DNA of 63,984 nucleotides, filler included, from Phoronis australis (lineage: Eukaryota > Animalia > Phoronida): the NCBI GenBank assembly GCA_002633005.1. It is 7 parts of 7 records of this genome, joined end to end, with 100 filler letters (N's around TTAATTAATTAA, not from the genome) between each part and the next. Parts side by side here need not be neighbours in the genome. Positions count along the whole stretch, not along the records: positions 35,088 to 62,715 come from NMRA01000247.1; 6 more parts are not named here. The stretch is one strand, 5' to 3'. Below, piece by piece: positions 36,948 through 49,443 of the stretch. Position 1 is the stretch's first letter. Every line of letters starts with the position of its first letter. The notes under the pieces were generated by a model. The model was not told the origin of the DNA. It was given only the letters and a program-made list of their open reading frames with translations, and ran no database searches. The translations under genes and the position numbers were made by a program.

Positions 36948-39900
36948 TACATAGTCAACATCAAAAACTAAGAGTGCAAGGAGCTGAGTGTCAAGTCAGA
37001 CATATACCTGTATGTTCCAGCAGCACACGGGATTGGTTCAGTACTTCCTTCAGGACAATAGTGACCAATGGGACACCTGCCTCCTGTACCACTGCTATTA
37101 GTGGATGGCGTTGATTGGTCCACACCTGAAATAGGTTGGTAGGGATTACAGCACTTGGCATTTGGTTCAGATGTCCACACTCAACACAATAGAATTGTGA
37201 AAGTGCCAGAGTCAGAACAGATTTGTGAGTAATAGTCACTTACATGGGTGCGACATTTTGAGAACCAGTTTTCTCAACTGAATAACGGGCATCAGCTGGT
37301 CCAAGACCACTGTAAGTAAATACTGCTGATTTGTGTAAGATAAATGTGCATGTAAGAACGAGACAAAAGGAGTCCAGAAAGCTTGAAGACAAAGTTAGGT
37401 TACTGTATTTAGGTGTCTAAGTACCCGGCACAGGAAATAAGGAAGGTGTCTACCATTAATACGAAACTTATCAGGCGTTGACATTGATAAGTATCGCTGT
37501 CATCACTCAATTATAGCATTAAAGCCTAACTTCAACTGAGTTTTGTTAATTTAGATGTACTGGACTAACCAGATAGTCCCAGCAAAGCATTAGTGAAATA
37601 AGAAAACGCAGGTTTAATCACTCAAATGCAGACCTGTCAAATGATAGGAGAAGTCGCCTTTTTGTACCATATTGCGTCAACGCGACAACTCAGCACAAAC
37701 AACAAATAGCCGATAACAGTTGTATTGAATGGGTGTCTGAATAGTACACCATTGCGTGTAGGTGTTATTCACACCTGTTTGAATTAAAGGGTGATTCTTG
37801 CGATGACGTAGACAAAAGCAAGCCAGTAAATCTAACATTTCATTACATTTGCCAATTTATGGCCTTGGTGGACTCAGAGAGATGCTCTTAACATACTCCA
37901 GAAACCAAATTTACATGTGTTACTATTCAAGATAAGCTTTAAACTAGTACTACATTTTATGCATTCAATAGTTTAAAATTATTTATAATGGGTTTACACA
38001 ATATTCACTAGGTGGTGCTAATGAATAAAAATTGTTCTTTTTGACATCTGAATAGATTGAGACCATAAAGCAGTTCATGAGCATAGATATTTCTGTGAGA
38101 AGGTCCCCTCTTTCACTTGAAACACTTAGTGAACTTGGAGTTTGTCATTGCTGAACAATACTAACCTATAGTACAGTAGTATCCAGCTGAACAGTTTCCA
38201 CTGACGACTGCCAGACCAGGCACATGGCAGTATTTTCCTCCAGGGCATTGTGTGCATTCGGACACTGACCGGATGCCATATGTAGGGTTGTATGTTCCTG
38301 CTGGGCACATCTGAAGGTCATTCCCTGTGCTGGCTGGACAATAATAACCAGGCAAACATTGGTCAGCACGGTCGCGGTTGACACAGAAGTATCCCTCCGG
38401 ACATGGATCACAGACACTTGCACCAGTGTAGTTAGTGTAAGTGCCATTTGTACAGTACAGATGTTTAGTAGACCCGACTGGACAGTAAGATCCCTGTGGA
38501 CAAATGTCACCTGTGACTCCATCTGTTGGAGCTTTGTTCTTAGCACTGAGAGTACAGTAGTATCCAGCATCACAATCTCCACTGACACTGGATAGCCCAG
38601 CAAGTTTGCAATACTTTCCAGGATCACATGGCAAACAAGCGGTAATATTAGTCATACGTGTGTTGGGATTGTAAGATCCAGGACTGCAGGCAATGGGCTC
38701 ATAGCTCCCCTCAGGACAGTAATGGCCAACGGGACACTCGTCACCATATGCTTGGCCAACAGGATTGGCTTCTTCAGATCTGTTGCTGCAGTAGAAGCCC
38801 GCAAGGCAAGAACCATTGGTGGCCGTCAAACCAACCTCAGAACAATACTCACCAGGGGGACAAATGGTGCAGTCACCTTCAGCGGTGAGTTGTGGTGCAG
38901 CGCCATAGGTTCCCTTGGGACAGTTGGTAGGCCAAGAGCTCCCAGACTCACAGTACGTCCCCTGAGGGCATGGGCCTCCCTCGACTGACAAGGTTGGATT
39001 GGGTGCTGAAGCACCAAGGATACAATAGAAACCAGCAAAGCACTTGTTAGTGGGTTCAGTGATATTCTCAGCCTCACAGTAGTATCCTTCAAGGCAAGGT
39101 CGGCATTCGCTGCGATTCTCCAATCCAGTTGAGTTGCTGAATGTTCCGACAGGGCAGGGGTTTTCGCGTGCAGTCTTTGTGCCATTTGGACAATAGAATC
39201 CAGACGGACAGGTCTTTGGTATTACTACACCATGTGATGGCGCAGAAACACCACTCTGCTGTTCAGCAATAGCTTCATTTTGGTCACAGTACATACCACC
39301 AGGACACTGCAGGCATTCTCCCTGTTCCACAATTGGCTGATACGATCCTGACAGACACGGTGTTTGTTGGGGACTACCAATAGGACACGCATGGCCAGCA
39401 AGACACTGGTTACCAGGTGGCTGGGGAACTGTCATGTTCTCAGGACAGAACCATCCCTGGTCACAATAGTCGTTGGGAAGATCACGACCGTAGCCAGAAC
39501 AATACTTGCCAGCTGTGCAGAAGAGGCAATTTGTTTCATTGTGGCTGGCGAATCTGTTGTTGTAAGAACCTGGGTCACATGGTATGGGGTAGGAGCTTCC
39601 TGTTGGACAATAGTGGCCTTTTGGGCATATGTCGCCTGTGGTTTCATTNATACTTTCCAGGATCACATGGCACACAAGCGGTAATATTAGTCATACGTGT
39701 GTTGGGATTGTAAGATCCAGGACTGCAGGCAATGGGCTCATAGCTCCCCTCAGGACAGTAATGGCCAATGGGACACTCGTCACCATATGCTTGGCCAACA
39801 GGATTGGCTTCTTCAGATCTGTTGCTGCAGTAGAAGCCCGCAAGGCAAGAACCGTTGGTGGCCGTCAAACCAACCTCAGAACAGTACTCACCAGGGGGAC

Positions 39901-41799
39901 AAATGGTGCAGTCACCTTCAGCGGTGAGTTGTGGTGCAGCGCCATAGGTTCCCTTGGGACAGTTGGTAGGCCAAGAGCTCCCAGACTCACAGTACGTCCC
40001 CTGAGGGCATGGTCCTCCCTCAACTGACAAGGTTGGATTGGGTGCCGAAGCACCAAGGATACAATAGAAACCAGCAAAGCACTTGTTAGTGGGTTCAGTG
40101 ATATTTTCAGCCTCACAGTAGTATCCTTCAAGGCAAGGTCGGCATTCGCTGCGATTCTCCAATCCAGTTGAGTTGCTGAATGTTCCGACAGGGCAGGGGT
40201 TTTCGCGTCCAGTCTTTGTGCCATTTGGACAATAGAATCCAGACGGACAGGTCTTTGGTATTACTACACCATGCGATGGCGCAGAAACACCACTCTGCTG
40301 TTCAGCAATAGCTTCATTTTGGTCACAGTACATACCACCAGGACAATGCAGGCATTCTCCCTGTTCCACAATTGGCTGATACGATCCTGACGGACACGGT
40401 GTTTGTTGGGGACTACCAATAGGACACGCATGGCCAGCAAGACACTGGTTACCAGGTGGCTGAGGAACTGTCATGTTCTCAGGACAGAACCATCCCTGGT
40501 CACAATAGTCGTTGGGAAGGTCACGACCATAGCCAGAACAATACTTGCCAGCTGTGCAGAAGAGGCAATTTGTTTCATTGTGGCTGGCGAATCTGTTGTT
40601 GTAAGAACCTGGGTCACATGGTATGGGGTAGGAGCTTCCTGTTGGACAATAGTGGCCTTTTGGACATATGTCGCCTGTGGTTTCATTGACAGGATTTGGT
40701 AAGATTGTGCTGCCACTACAGTAATAGCCTGCCAGACAGTCTCCACTCACTGCTGCCAATTCATTGGACAGACAATACTTGCCGCTATCACATGGTATGG
40801 GTGCTGCCGCTCCAGGGGGGCAGTATGTTCCTGCTCGGCACATGCCACCAGTCATCTGCGATGGGCACGCGCATGTGCTTCCTGCGTCATTACCAAGAGT
40901 TGTTGGCTTGTTGGACTAAGCAGCAAGGGTGCAGTACCACCCAGGGGCACAGACCCCAGCAGGTTCAGACATTCTGTGGTGAGGGCAGTAGTAGCCAGGA
41001 AGGCACATTTGGCATGATGTGTCATTGGAGATTTCGGTCTCCTTGTTGAATGTACCATTGTTGCAGGGGAACTGGGTGGCAAACTCCATATTAACAGGGC
41101 AGTAGTGACCTGCAAAAAGAATCACAGTACACTGTAATATCAGTAATTGGTCAATACTGTGCCATTAAAAGAACATGTTAATCACACCGTTCTGTATTCC
41201 TGAAGTCTACTTCATTCTAGAGAGAAAAAAACACTTTCAAAATCTCAAACCCTTCGAATTTGGTCTCGACAATAAAAGAACAGAGCATGTCAAAATCTAT
41301 GGAAATATTACACCCTTGCTTAAACAACAGTGTCACAGCGCTTTGTGTATTCGAATCAAGTCTTGACTCATTTATCTAAATGTTGAATTATCAAGGGTCA
41401 TCAGTTATTGTCCAGCAGGTGGCTAGCCAATGCTGATGCTGTTAGTGTATATTTTTAAAAAAAGTGGTCCCAGTGTGAATCATATTGGGTTGACAACTAA
41501 GTAGACATAACAACCTATCTATGAGCATATGCCATAAAACTTTGACAAGTTTCATGCCTTCTTTTGGTACACAGAGGAAACAAAACACCAGTTAATGATC
41601 CTGCACCAATAAACAACTTTGACACTACAGAATCAAGAACAAACAACTACATGATTGGGCACTAAATACAACAATACATTTGAACATGAAATATACTGTG
41701 TGTTTCATGTTTAGATGATGTTTTGTGGTGCTCACTGATGATGATTTAAGATCAAAAGCAAATAAGATCGAATCTACCATACATACATATTGCTACGTC

Positions 41800-44230
41800 C
41801 AAATTACCAGAAAGACAACCTCAGGACTCTCCGAGAGGGAAGATGCAAGAAGAGTCCAACGACAGACCTCAAATGGCAACAACCGGACCAAATAGGACTA
41901 CGATTACGAACACCGATTTAGCATCAAGAACCTGTGTGTGTGGAAAGATTCTGAAGAATTTAAGAGGGTTGAAGATCCACCAAGGAAAGATGAAGTGCTT
42001 ACGTCAGGTCGCAAGGCAACGCTTGGGCGCCACGTCCAGCGAGACGGGGGAGGGATTGAGCCAGGTCTCAAACCACAGTGCAGAAGACCTCCCAGCTACG
42101 CATCAGATGGAAGCATTAGTAGTAGAAGCTGAAGTATTTCAGAATCCAGTTCCAGCCAGTTCAGCAGGTCCACCAGATACTGCAAAGAAGGATCGAATCA
42201 AGTGGCCATCAGCAGCTGATAAGAAGGCGTGGTCAGCCTTAGACGATGATCTGGATAGCATCTTACGTGTCACTCTTCGAGGTCCAGCAGAGACAAAGAT
42301 TGAGGCTATGACTAGGATTGTTTACCAAGTCAGTGTGGACCGCTTTGGAACAGTAGAGAAAAGAAAGGAAACATNGGTCTAGAGGCTGAAGATCTACCAG
42401 ACAAAGGTTTTGATCTGGGGACATAAAGAAGTCATAAGTGGATAGCACTGTGAAGAAAGCCCGATCGGGGTCAGCCCCTGCTCCAAGTAGAATTTCCTAC
42501 AAGGTCTATAAGATGTGTCCCAAGTTGAGAGAAAGGCTCTGGAAGCTGTTTAAGATCCTCTGGAGGAAGTGCGTAGTTCCAACCCAGTGGGGGCGAGCTG
42601 AAGGAGTTTATGTTCCGAAAGAAGAAGGCTCGAAGCAGATTAGCCAGTTTCGACCAATTTCACTGCTCAGCGTGGAAGGAAAGATCTACTTATAGCAATC
42701 TTATCCGGCAGAATGACAAACTTCATGATCAAGAACAAGTATATTGAAACATCTTCACAGAAAGGCGGGGTACCAGGCTTTTCTGGATGCCTGGAACATA
42801 ATTCTATCATAAGTGAACTCATACACCGAGCGAAGAAGGGCAAGAAGAATCTGTCTATGGTGTGGCTCGACATGGCAAATGCGTACGGTTCGGTACCACA
42901 TGTATTAGTTTATCGTGCCATGGACTTCTACCACATTCCTGAGAAAGTCAAGAATATAGTGAAGTCATACTATAGCTCCTGTGTGATGCGTTTCACAGTC
43001 GGCAACTTCACTACGAAGTGGCAACATCTTGAAAAAGGAATTATGACAGGCTGTACCATTTCAGTCATCCTGTTTATCATGGCAATGAATGTCCTGCTGA
43101 AGAGAGCCCAATCTGAGCGAAGAGGTCCCAAGCTAGATGAAGTCAGACAGCCATCATGTAGAGCTTTTGTTGACGACATTACAATTAAGACAGAGTCACC
43201 AGTGGGAGCCAGAACAATTCTCTGTTGCCTAGAAGAGCTCACTAAATGGGCCCGTATGTCATTCAAGGCAGAGAAGTCCAGATCACTAATTATCAACAGA
43301 GGCGTTTTGCTCAAGAGACAGACGTTTTCGATAGCAGGTTGCAGAATTCCAACAATAAGTGAACAACCAGTCAAGTGCCTTGGCAAGTACTATGATAGCA
43401 GCCTACGAGACACATCCCGTGTCAAGGATGTGAAAGCTCAGCTCAAGGTTGGGCTTGAGAAGATCGACAAAGACGGCAGACCCGGAAGATTCAAGCATTG
43501 GTGCTACCAGTTCATCTTGCTCCCGAAGCTTATGTGGCCACTGTTAATCTACAACGTCACGTCGTCTTCAGCTGAGGAAATGGAAAGAGCAGCGAGCCGG
43601 TTCATTCGAAGGTGGCTTGGTCTACCTGCATCATTCAGCAACGTCGGGCTGTACTGCAAGTCATCGAAACTCGTTCTTCCGGTCTCATCTGTGGTGGAGG
43701 AATATAAAGTTACCAAAGTGCGAGCCAGTATCACTCTGCGGAATACTTCTGACCAGGCTATCAGTGGTTGCATCAACCAGTCACGTACCGGCAGTAAGTG
43801 GTCCACCACGTCGGCAATCAGCGAAGCAGAAAGCCGGCTGAGGCACAAGCAACTAATAGGAAGTGCTTGCCAGGGTAGGCAAGGACTGGGCTACAAGACC
43901 GGGAATCCAGCAAGGAAGAGACTTAAAAACCCAGACAGAGAAGTTAGATTGTCAGAGAATGAAGGAAGGTATGCCCGAGCAGTTCAGATGGGTCAGCAGG
44001 GGGCGTGGACGAAGTGGGGCAAAGTCTTGCAAAGGGAAATAAAGTGGGTGGACTTGTGGAAGATGTCGCCTTTGAAAGCAAAGTTTCTCATCAGATCTCT
44101 TTATGATGTACTGCCTACTCCCAGCAACCTTGCTATTTGGGGTCTTACTGACAACCCGAGCTGTATTCAGTGTGGACGCAGATGTTCTTTAGAACACATT
44201 CTGTCATATTGCAGCGTGTCTTTGGCATCA
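41800..44230 (+). mobile_element. Hero-type (RLE/R2-group) non-LTR retrotransposon A, 3'-truncated and frameshifted; 5' boundary uncertain
   Basis: N-terminal zinc finger CVCGKILKNLRGLKIHQGKMKC; RT motifs FRPISLL, WLDMANAYGSV, KGIMTGCTIS, AFVDD; CCHC CIQCGRRCSLEHILSYC; frameshift near 42690; N at 42375; endonuclease missing. Confidence 0.9.
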
Positions 44231-45104
44231 GAACACAACTGTCAGGCTGTGTTGTATTGGAGCCCAGACTACAGTAGTACCCAGCATCACAAGGAGCTGA
44301 TGGTGAGCCTAGTCCAGGGGTCTCGCAGGCATAGCCCAGCAAGCAGTCCTGGCACTGGGCCAGTGTTGTCAGTCCTGTTTGGTTGTTGAATGTTCCAGCC
44401 GGGCAGGCAACAGGATCCTGGGTCTTTTGAGAGCAGTAATAGCCAACAGGACATGGGCCAGCATCTCCAGTGCCTGAACCAGATGGCCGTTGAGCATCTG
44501 ATCCAGTGCGGCAATAATACCTAAGGCAAGATAACACTTATTAAGAGCCATAAAAAGATCACTGTTTAACTAAATGTATCACGTGCTCTTTGTCTAAATG
44601 CACCATACTCACATCAATTACTTATGCATCATATCCAGGCTCACATTCACATCCTTCTAGCCATCTTATAAAATGATTGTATGCAGACAGTAGTTAATGA
44701 ATAATGACGAATTAAAAAAAAATACAATAAGCATTTGTCACAGAGTAACTAAATTGTCCGTGTCAGGATATATATTTTAAGGCGCTATAATTTCATTTTG
44801 GAAACTTTTAGATTATTTCTGGATGTCAGCAAGAAATGCTATATCACATGAAAATTCATTTCCAAATCAGTTTTCATATTAATTTTGAGCATTGTAATCA
44901 GTAGTCATTTTCAGCTATATCTCCAATAACTTGTTGCAAATATATTTATATTAAATAAAAAGTTAATTATCACATAAAATTTTAGCCATAAACCATGGCA
45001 AAGACAATCAAGATTTCTGCTTCAACTCAAGGCAAAACTGGGCATCAGTGCCTACGTGGAAGTCTAGCTTCTCATGGCAGTTTTCTGTTTAATGTAAATG
45101 CGGA

Positions 45105-45258
45105 TGTATAATGTTTTAGTCATAAACACAACCCATCCAGATCCACACTTCCCAGTCTCTGATGTACCATTAACAATACTGTGTGTGTATAGTGTTTTAG
45201 TCATAAAGACAACCTACCCAGAATCACACTCCCCAGTCTCTGATGTACCATTCACATC
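45105..45258. repeat. About 81-bp tandem duplication of an exon end and its donor
   Basis: TGTTTTAGTCATAAA...CCCAGTCTCTGATGTACCATT twice; the distal copy has lost the GT. Confidence 0.8.
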
Positions 45259-48200
45259 ACTGCAGTAGTAGCCCCCTGTACACTGAGTACACTGGGATAT
45301 GTTGGGTAGTCCTGTATGGGGACTGAATGTTCCAGCAGGGCAAGGCTGCCACACGTATCCTGTCCCCTTGGGACAGTAGAGGCCAGCAGGACAGGGTTGA
45401 GGGTGAGAACCATTGGTGCAGTAATGCCTTGGGAAAGACAAAAGTGATCACGTGAAAATTGGCTGTATAATGTGAAGAACACAAGATGAAAAAAATTTGT
45501 TTGAATTCATTTAATTTGTCATACAAGCAGCACATTAAGAACATGGATTTGAATTACATCAGTCGATCAAGAATACAACAGAAGCACTAAATAAATAAAT
45601 CAGATATTGTCAAGCCATTTCGTGTATCTTCTTTTTTTGTCTAGTGACAATAAAAATTTAACAGATCTTAACAGTTACAAAGTTCACTAAACTATAAAAC
45701 AAACAATAAACTACTGCAAAAAAGCAGAAAGGATGCAACAGAGTAACTATGAAAATATTGCCCAACATTACGAACCTGGTGTACATTGAAGACATGAGAT
45801 TGTGATCTCGGCATCAGTGAAGGTGCCAGGCTCACACAATACAGGTGCACCAGAGCCAGCCTTACAGTAGTGGCCGACAGGGCACTTGTTTCCAGTGACA
45901 CCATCCGTTGGTGCAGCCACAAAAGCGTTACCACTACACTAATATCCTTCAGTGCAGTTACCCGATGGAAACGCGTTACCATAGTTGGCGCAGTACTTGC
46001 CCGGGTCACATGACGTACACTGGGCCTCAGACTGTAGTCCTGTAAATGGATTATCATGAGTATAATCATAGAAAGTGAATAATATGTAATAAATATCAAG
46101 TCTGGGTATTCGGATAGGTCAAAAGGTTTTCAACACCAGTTAAACCATAAAGGATTATAGGCAAGATGGCGTATAGCACCATGCAGCACCACCTTTAGAC
46201 CAGTTCATACTTTAAGGTGGAACCCTTTGTTTTTGATCATTAATGCAGTGAGTTAACATTTCAAATTACACGTGATAAAACCATGAACTGAATGGAGTTC
46301 ATGGGAAAATTCACTAACTTAGCATAATTTCAAATCAATAATCTAGCATCCATTTATAAATACAGAAAAAAATTTCAAAGCATTATTGATATCACACCAA
46401 TTTTTAATTCCACAGAACAGTTTGAATTTCAACTCCGATGTGCCTGAACCATCATACCTGTGTTTGGTGTGTATGAGCCTGGTGGACAGTCAGTGGTGTC
46501 GTTGGAGCCAGCTGGACAGTAATGGCAAGCACTATAGATGTCACTGGTGGTACCATCTGTCGGTCTGTTTGTCCATGCACCTTGTGTACAGTAGTAGCCA
46601 GCCGCACAGCCACCAGATGGACTAGACAGACCCTCCTGGCCACAGTACTGACCTCCTGGGCAAGGTGTGCAATCAGATGCCTGCTTCAGTTGTGTACGGT
46701 CACTAAAAGAGAAAAAGGGGAAGGTTTTCAAAAGTTCATGAACAGTTTCCACTCACTCCCCTAGACCTCACAGCTAGGCCCCTTGATGACTTTGTAAACA
46801 TTTATTTGGATTGCTAACTTCGAATTATTTAAATCAACTTTTCAGTGAACATACCACACAAACAAAGGTGTACTAATAAATAAATGGTCAATTAAAAGTG
46901 GCATGTGGCATAACCTCACAATTTTTGGACAAAAATATTTACCAAAACTAGGCTTCTAACACTGTTGTAATGTCCACAGTTCCTCACTAGTTGTACACCG
47001 TGGTTGATTTTTTCTTAGAAACCGACTAAAAATGATTAGGTTGTACAAAATTAAGGAATTAGGATAGTCTATGCTAATTCAAGAACTACTTATCTTTTCC
47101 TTTAAAAATTAAATGACCAAGAAGAAATTAAATAACCAATCAATCAATCAATCAGATATAACTCAAATGTTAGTACTGGGAATTGATCAGTCTCAGAATA
47201 GCCACATGAAGATGAACTGTTGCCTTTAAATAATTTTTGCAAAAGGTTTGATTTTAGTTTAAATTCTAGAGCGAGTTATGTACATTACATTCTCACCTAT
47301 AAGTTCCATTAGGACAGCCAAACTCCAGTGCATACTTGGTACCATTGAGACAGTAGTGGCCCACAGGACACGGCTGAGGGTTTTGAACGCCATGAGAGCA
47401 GACGGTGTGGTTCTGTATGGAGGCATCACAATAGTAACCCTCAGGGCATTCTTTACAATCCAGCTAAAAGTGATACATTGCCATGTTAATGAGTGTATGT
47501 TAATGTATTCTTCACAGGAAATATTTACTTGTGGACCACAAACACAAGTCTAAGAAATACATCAATACATCAATACATCAATACACAAATAAATAAATAA
47601 GAGGAGATCAATTACAGAGATGCATTTGATGTTTCTTAAACAATTCAAATTTCTACTGGAAAATAGACAACAGGGATATTAACAAGAACCGTCAGAAATT
47701 ATCTATCAAAACCAAATATCAAATTAAAACAGTTTACTTCCTAAAGTTATATCAAATTTTCAAAGACTGTTGAATTAATTGTGTAGGTAGAAATGCGACA
47801 TAACAGAAATACAGTCTCAATAAATATTTTAAATGATACAAGAGATTCTTCCAAAAATAAATTTGAATATCTTTAATATGTCATTAACACATCACCAATA
47901 CCCATAGTTATAAGGCCCTCAGTGCATGCGTCACATTTTTTAACAAAGCATGGATTTAATGCCAATTTAAAGCTAATTTCCCAAGACCAAGCTGTAAATA
48001 CAATTCTAGTAACTTGAAATTTAAGAAAAAATGCAATTACTATGTCATTTCATGTCATTTCTGAGGAGTCGTGTGTACTTTTAAGGTGATAAACCTACCT
48101 CACTTAAAAACACAGTTTGGCCTTACTCTTGATTTAGACATTTGACTGTTAAAAACATGCCTCAACCTACTCCTTACTATGATTAGAAAGATTTCTGGGT

Positions 48201-49367
48201 TTTAGAAAGAACTGACAGTTCAATATTGCTCAAAACCAGGATTAATAAGTTGGATTGACCATGGCATTTAATATATGGTGTCCAGTGTGGTCAGATCTTC
48301 CTCAGCATAGAGTAGGGAACTATTTCAAACCAACTTTATAATTAGTGAATACTTTAAATCAGAAGTTTGCATTTTTTTACAAATGGCAGCTTTAACAAGT
48401 AAACACAATAGTGCAGCCCATCACCAGTGTCACAGTGCATAACAATGAGAAGTGACCAGTTGACCAATTTACCAGTTGACCACAGTGCAGCAAGAAGCAG
48501 GTGATTAACAAATGAAACATAGTGATTGGTTTGCTTGACTTACTATGCTAGTCTGTGAAGCAAAACAGATAAGTTTCAGAAATTATATTACATTAAACCA
48601 GCTAAATAATACCTAATGATATTTGATAAACAGTGTCATACAAAAACATTATGCCAGAAAATACAAACACCAAGTACCAAACACCAAGTACCAAACACCA
48701 CCAGAGATATCCTCTTTATGAAAACTGAATGACATCAAAACTGTGCCAAACAATGCTGTTATGAAAAGCCAATTTTACAAGTTTTGGAACTTCATAATAA
48801 TCACAGAACAGGCAATCCTTAGCATCAAGATCGATTTCCTTTACTAGACCTCTCTGGCAACACACTTTACTGAATATTTAAATCTACCACACAGATGACA
48901 CACTCTAATCTAGACTGACAAGCCGGAGCTCTTCATGTTGGATGAACACAAAATATCAACTGACAACAGAATCAAGGATTGCAATCCAAACAGAACTTTT
49001 ATGTGGTTTCCACTCTCAGTAAGTAGCTGCTGCCTTCAAATGTGCCAGACGCAGTTCTAATTACCATAATTATAATGCCCAATTATGTAATTTGAACAAA
49101 ACCATCCATGTCAAACATAAGACCATCAGAGGTAGCCTCTGTTTCAAGAAGGACAAAAACTAATTCCAAATGAATCAGTACACCTCAGCTGGTACCTAAA
49201 ATGGCTGACTTTTGCCAGTTAAATGTACACCCCTATATAATTTTGCCAATTAAATGCGAGGCTGAAAAAAGAACAAGACCGGGCTACACTCTTGAGTGCT
49301 GCATGGTTAGCAGTTGCTATACAGTCCATCTGTAACTTGGTAAGTGCTCCAGGCTGTCAGCTTAATT

Positions 49368-49410
49368 TCAACAACAACAACTACAACAGCAACAGCAACA
49401 GCAACAGCAA

Positions 49411-49441
<31 letters not shown>

Positions 49442-49443
49442 AA
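49368..49443. repeat. (CAA/CAG)n trinucleotide microsatellite
   Basis: Seen directly. Confidence 0.95.

Noticed and set aside
38611-40687. 1038-bp near-identical tandem duplication in the large exon
   Set aside because: Copies meet at a single N (39649) and differ by scattered SNPs, typical of an unmerged allelic overlap; similar single-N joins occur at 4944 and 8140
40916-40918. Stop-codon readthrough or recoding in the Cys-rich gene
   Set aside because: Stops are of mixed type and come with frameshifts and deletions, so decay is the simpler explanation
41728-41780. CTGATGA motif upstream of Hero A as a possible 5' ribozyme
   Set aside because: No GAAA partner or convincing stems found
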